64,000 nucleotides of DNA from Opitutales bacterium (lineage in GTDB: Bacteria > Verrucomicrobiota > Verrucomicrobiia > Opitutales > UBA953), in NCBI GenBank assembly GCA_040398005.1, contig JBBAUX010000001.1:245275-309274 (forward strand), written 5' to 3'. How positions within the stretch are numbered: the first letter of the stretch is position 1; the number at the start of each line of letters is the position of its first letter. Below are positions 60,066-64,000 of this stretch, one piece after another. The notes under the pieces are model-generated. The model worked only from the letters and a program-made list of their open reading frames with translations, ran no database searches and had not been told where the DNA came from. The translations under genes were made by a program, and so were the position numbers.

Positions 60066-60133
60066 GCATTTCAGACTTATTTCCTTAAATTCGTCACTTG
60101 CCTAAACACCCGTTTCCCTCCACTTAAATACCC

Positions 60134-60877
60134 ATGCATCTCACGCACAATCCTCGCGTAGCTTTAGTCACGGGTGCCGGTCGTGGTATCGGCAAAGCCA
60201 TCGCCGAACGTCTCGCCGCTCACGGTCACACTGTACTTTGCGTTTCCAAATCCGAAACCTGCGTTGCTGTTGCTAACGACATCATCGCGAAGGGTCAAAA
60301 GGCGAAAGCATTTCAAGTCGATGTCTCCGACGCCGCTGCTGTGGCTAAAGCCTGCGAACAGATTAACGCCGAATTCGGTGCTGTAGAAATTTTAGTGAAC
60401 AACGCTGGCATCACTCGCGACAAACTCGTCATGGCGATGTCCGATCAAGATTGGAACGATGTCATCTCCACCAATCTCTCTTCCGCTTTCTATTGGGTGA
60501 AAGGTCTCGTTCGTCCCATGACCAAAAAGCGCTGGGGTCGTATCATTAGCATTTCATCAGTCACAGGTGTTCAAGGTAACGCCGGGCAGGCCAACTACGC
60601 TTCGGCTAAAGCCGGACTCCATGGATTGACCATGACGCTCGCCCGCGAACTCGCTGGTCGTAGCATCACCGCCAACGCGGTAGCTCCTGGCTTTATTACA
60701 ACTGATATGACGGGTGAGCTCACCGATGAGATTAAACAGAAGATTTTAGGCGTCATTCCTCTGGGCCGTTTCGGCGCCCCCTCTGATATCGCTGCAATGG
60801 TTGACTTTTTAGCCTCTGAAGAGGGCGGTTATATCACCGGACAGGTCTTTTCTGTTGACGGAGGAATGGCTATCTGA
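60134..60877 (+). CDS. fabG: 3-oxoacyl-ACP reductase
   Basis: TGAGRGIG, NNAGITRD, NYASAKAG, APGFI, VDGG. Confidence 0.97.
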   Translation: MHLTHNPRVALVTGAGRGIGKAIAERLAAHGHTVLCVSKSETCVAVANDIIAKGQKAKAFQVDVSDAAAVAKACEQINAEFGAVEILVNNAGITRDKLVMAMSDQDWNDVISTNLSSAFYWVKGLVRPMTKKRWGRIISISSVTGVQGNAGQANYASAKAGLHGLTMTLARELAGRSITANAVAPGFITTDMTGELTDEIKQKILGVIPLGRFGAPSDIAAMVDFLASEEGGYITGQVFSVDGGMAI

Positions 60878-60908
60878 CACCTAAAAATCAACAAAACCGA
60901 CCTTTACC

Positions 60909-61154
60909 ATGCCTGAAAATATCGAAAAACGTGTCACCGACATCATCGTTAAACAGTTGAGCGTCAACGCCGAGCAGGTCACTGCCGCCGCTGGCTTCCA
61001 AACTGATCTTAAGGCCGATTCGCTCGACCTCGTAGAAATCATCATGGCTTTTGAAGACGAATTTGGCATCGCTTCAATTCCTGAAGAAAAAGCTGCGTCC
61101 ATGAAGACCGTGGGCGACGCGATCGAGTACATTAAGGCCAACGCCACCAAATAA
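60909..61154 (+). CDS. acpP: Acyl carrier protein
   Basis: ADSLDLVEIIMAFEDEF. Confidence 0.98.
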   Translation: MPENIEKRVTDIIVKQLSVNAEQVTAAAGFQTDLKADSLDLVEIIMAFEDEFGIASIPEEKAASMKTVGDAIEYIKANATK

Positions 61155-61180
61155 TTCTCACGGGCCATCCGCCCGTAATC

Positions 61181-62437
61181 GTGAGCACACCAAGCAATCC
61201 TCGCCGAGTAGTCGTAACAGGCATTGGTTGTCTGACGTCTCTTGGTCCCGACACTGCAATCTTCTGGGACTCTTTGTTAAAGGGTCGCTCAGGTATCTCA
61301 CGCGTCACTCGTTTCGACCCGACTGATTTTCCTTCGAAGGTTGGCGCCGAAATCAGAGATTTTGATCCAGGTAAATTCATGGATCCGAAAGAAGCGAAAC
61401 GTAACGATCGCTACACTCAGTACGCCGTCGCCGCTTCACGCATGGCTGTTGAAGACGCTAAACTCGACGTCAATAAAATCGATTCCGAACGCTTCGGTGT
61501 GATCATCGGCTCAGGTATCGGCGGAATGGAGACCATCGAAAACCAAGCGCGTATCCTCATCGAACGTGGTCCATCTCGCGTCTCACCTTTTACGATTCCT
61601 TCTTTAATCGCCAATATCGCTTCAGGCGTCGTCGCAATTGAATTCAAAGCGAAGTCCGTAAACTTCGGCGTCGTCTCTGCCTGCGCTTCAGGTTCTCACT
61701 CTCTCGGCGAAGCGATGCGACATATTCGCGATGGCCACGCCGATGTCATGCTTTCAGGCGGTTCCGAAGCGACCATTACCCGTTTAGCCTACGCCGGATT
61801 CTGTAATATGAAGGCGATGTCTACCGACTTTAACGACACCCCCGAAAAGGCTTCACGTCCTTTCGATAAATTACGCGATGGTTTTATTATGGGCGAAGGT
61901 TCGGGCGTTTTAGTCATCGAAGAACTCGAACACGCCAAAGCCCGCGGTGCCCGTATTTATTGCGAACTCGCTGGCTATGGTGCGACTTGCGATGCTTACC
62001 ACATCACTGGACAAGACCAAGAGGGCAAAGGACTCGCTCTCTGTCTCGACCGTGCTCTCGTCGATGCCGGCATCCAAAAATCTGAAGTGGATTATATCAA
62101 CGCTCACGGTACTTCGACCTCGATCAATGATCGTTGTGAGTCTCTCGCTATCAAACGTTCCTTCGGAGATTTAGCTCCCAAACTCGCCATCTCTTCTACG
62201 AAGTCGATGACCGGTCACTTACTCGGTGCCGCAGGTGGAATTGAAGCCGCAGTCTGTGTTCTCGCCATCCACAACGGTATCGTTCCTCCGACTATCAATT
62301 ACGAAAATCCAGATCCTGATTGTGATTTGGATTATATCCCCAACAAGGCTCGCACGATGAAAGTCGACGTCGCGATTTCCAATAATTTAGGTTTCGGTGG
62401 TCATAACGCTTCGCTGGTCTTCAAGCGTTTGAAGTAA
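61181..62437 (+). CDS. fabF: 3-oxoacyl-ACP synthase II
   Basis: RRVVVTG, SACASG, SRPFD, NAHGTST, STKSMTGHLLGA, GFGGHN. Confidence 0.98.
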   Translation: MSTPSNPRRVVVTGIGCLTSLGPDTAIFWDSLLKGRSGISRVTRFDPTDFPSKVGAEIRDFDPGKFMDPKEAKRNDRYTQYAVAASRMAVEDAKLDVNKIDSERFGVIIGSGIGGMETIENQARILIERGPSRVSPFTIPSLIANIASGVVAIEFKAKSVNFGVVSACASGSHSLGEAMRHIRDGHADVMLSGGSEATITRLAYAGFCNMKAMSTDFNDTPEKASRPFDKLRDGFIMGEGSGVLVIEELEHAKARGARIYCELAGYGATCDAYHITGQDQEGKGLALCLDRALVDAGIQKSEVDYINAHGTSTSINDRCESLAIKRSFGDLAPKLAISSTKSMTGHLLGAAGGIEAAVCVLAIHNGIVPPTINYENPDPDCDLDYIPNKARTMKVDVAISNNLGFGGHNASLVFKRLK

Positions 62438-62948
62438 TTGATCCGATCGCCTTTTCCCAAGTCTCGACTTCACCTTTAATGCCGTGATGCTGCAGTGCTT
62501 GCTTGATTTCACTGTGCGTTGGCTCAGTCACAGCATGCTCCGGATCGGCCGCTAAATCGGGTCGTACTTGCCTGGTAATCGCCCACGCCGCCCATGCCCG
62601 CCATTTCTTTTGCGACGCTCTCTCGCCCTTCACACGATCAGCTAAATGTTGATAATGAACCCGTGCATTGCCGGTAAATTGTTCCGTGGGCTGACTGACT
62701 AACCAGCCAATCACGGCATACGGCAGCGGGTGCTGTTTAAGGCATTCCGCATCGGCAGGCACGTTGCAATATAGCGCTCGATCCACCGCTAAAAGTGCCC
62801 GTGCCGGTAAATTTTCTAGCCACAACTGTTGTCCGTATTCTAAGCAGAGTAGGTAAAGTTCTTCGCCTTGATCATCGCGCAAAGCATTGAGCTCGCGCCA
62901 AGATAATTTCCTTAGACCAAACGGTAAATGGGGGCAGGGTGTCGCCAC
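62421..62948 (-). CDS. Hypothetical protein
   Basis: 175-aa ORF, last of a minus-strand operon; motif-like GNARVHYQHLADR, WRAWAAW. Confidence 0.75.
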   Translation of the reverse strand: MATPCPHLPFGLRKLSWRELNALRDDQGEELYLLCLEYGQQLWLENLPARALLAVDRALYCNVPADAECLKQHPLPYAVIGWLVSQPTEQFTGNARVHYQHLADRVKGERASQKKWRAWAAWAITRQVRPDLAADPEHAVTEPTHSEIKQALQHHGIKGEVETWEKAIGSITSNA

Positions 62949-62951
62949 AAA

Positions 62952-63602
62952 TTAAGGCCGTGCGTAAGGATTAGTTTTCTTCTCTTTGCCAACCGATGTC
63001 TTACCGCCGTGACCTGGAAGTAAATGGGTTTCCTCAGGCAAAGTAAAAATCTGCTCACGAATAGATTTTAATAACTGATTCCAATCGCCATTGGGTAAAT
63101 CGGTACGTCCGACCGAGCCATTAAAAATAGCATCGCCGGTGAAGGCTAATTTTTCTTCGGCACAGTAAAAGAGTAGACTTCCCGGACAGTGTCCAGGGAC
63201 GTGACGAACCTCAAATTTTTTTCCGAGAGCATGGAACGAGTCATCTTGTTTAAGCCACTGAGTTACCTTACAGGAATGAAAATCTTCTTCCGTTAAAAAG
63301 GGCATCATGGCCTGGTAGCGATTGCGATAAGCCTCAATGTTTTCAATCATTTGCTGGTCATCCTCATGGGCTAATACTTGCGCTCCTGCCGTCGCAAAAG
63401 CATGGGCATCACACATGTGATCCCAGTGTCCGTGCGTGATTAAAATGTGCGTAAGCTTAAGGCCACGTTTTTTAATTTCGGGTAAGAGCGTTTTCGCGGC
63501 ATCACGCGGTGCGTCGACCACCGCGCAGGATTTTCCGTCCTCCGACGTCAATAAATACGCATTTGTTTCAAAGGGTCCAAGTGACCAAGATTCAATTTTC
63601 AT
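62952..63602 (-). CDS. MBL-fold hydrolase (glyoxalase II/YcbL-like)
   Basis: GPFETNAY, THGHWDH, PGHCPG, FTGDAIF, GRTDLP, PGHG; start moved to 63602. Confidence 0.93.
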   Translation of the reverse strand: MKIESWSLGPFETNAYLLTSEDGKSCAVVDAPRDAAKTLLPEIKKRGLKLTHILITHGHWDHMCDAHAFATAGAQVLAHEDDQQMIENIEAYRNRYQAMMPFLTEEDFHSCKVTQWLKQDDSFHALGKKFEVRHVPGHCPGSLLFYCAEEKLAFTGDAIFNGSVGRTDLPNGDWNQLLKSIREQIFTLPEETHLLPGHGGKTSVGKEKKTNPYARP

Positions 63603-63606
63603 AAAA

Positions 63607-64000
63607 TTATTGAGCGAAGGCTCGATTAAAAGCTTCTTCGATTTTTGCAGGGGGTCTGACTGGTTTAAACTCACGATTAACAAAAGCGTGTGCCGTAAAC
63701 CCCTCAACAATCAGTTCATTGCCGCGTTCGACTTTATAGGTTAGGTGGAGTCGGGCCTTGGGTTTTTCTAAAAGTGTGACTGTAATTTTTAAACGATCAT
63801 CAAAATGCGATGGGCGATGATACGTAATCCCGGTTTCTAGAACAGGGAGGAGGAAGCCGTTTTTTTCTAAGTCGCGGTAAGGACAACCGATCTTGTCCAA
63901 CATCGCGACCCGTGCCATTTCGAACCAGGGCAGATAATTACCATGGTAGGTGACACCCATCGCGTCGGTCTCCGCAAAGCGAACTCGTGTTTCAACTGAA
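63607..64000 (-). CDS. YbgC-like acyl-CoA thioesterase, 5' end beyond the window
   Basis: Frame stays open to the edge: ...RVRFAETDAMGVTYHGNYLPWFEMAR. Confidence 0.92.
   Translation of the reverse strand, partial: SVETRVRFAETDAMGVTYHGNYLPWFEMARVAMLDKIGCPYRDLEKNGFLLPVLETGITYHRPSHFDDRLKITVTLLEKPKARLHLTYKVERGNELIVEGFTAHAFVNREFKPVRPPAKIEEAFNRAFAQ

Noticed and set aside
1..64000. CRISPR arrays, rRNA, IS/transposases, prophage, defence systems, known riboswitches
   Set aside because: No regularly spaced repeats or diagnostic genes or motifs seen by eye; weak RNA motifs could have been missed without cmscan.

Overview
A densely packed, mostly housekeeping stretch of a bacterial chromosome. Gene content (a Verru_Chthon-like prepilin cassette, LPS transport genes, PVC-type hypotheticals) and the very short or overlapping intergenic spaces suggest a streamlined Verrucomicrobiota (Opitutia-like) genome; this is inference, not a database result. 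I support about 57 CDS, 3 tRNAs (Leu-TAA, Arg-ACG, Gln-TTG), several intrinsic terminators and operator-like palindromes. I found no CRISPR array, rRNA, IS, integrase or prophage. The best candidates for undescribed biology are: (1) a four-gene envelope module around an NBD-TMD (ABCG-like) ABC exporter at 23.8-28.5 kb; (2) a translationally coupled four-prepilin cassette with no machinery genes nearby; (3) a 692-aa LptC/LptA-like single-chain protein before lptB; (4) altered core factors: EF-P with Asn at the modified-Lys position, EF-Ts with a ~50-aa helical insert, and a Fur-family protein lacking its His metal motif coupled to nadA; (5) a structured three-way-junction leader before rpsO; (6) a small HTH gene with two operator-like palindromes; (7) a 42-aa lipoprotein ORF missed by the ORF track; (8) a recurrent TTG(A/C) element 34-36 nt before start codons, pointing to leaderless, -35-dominated promoters.
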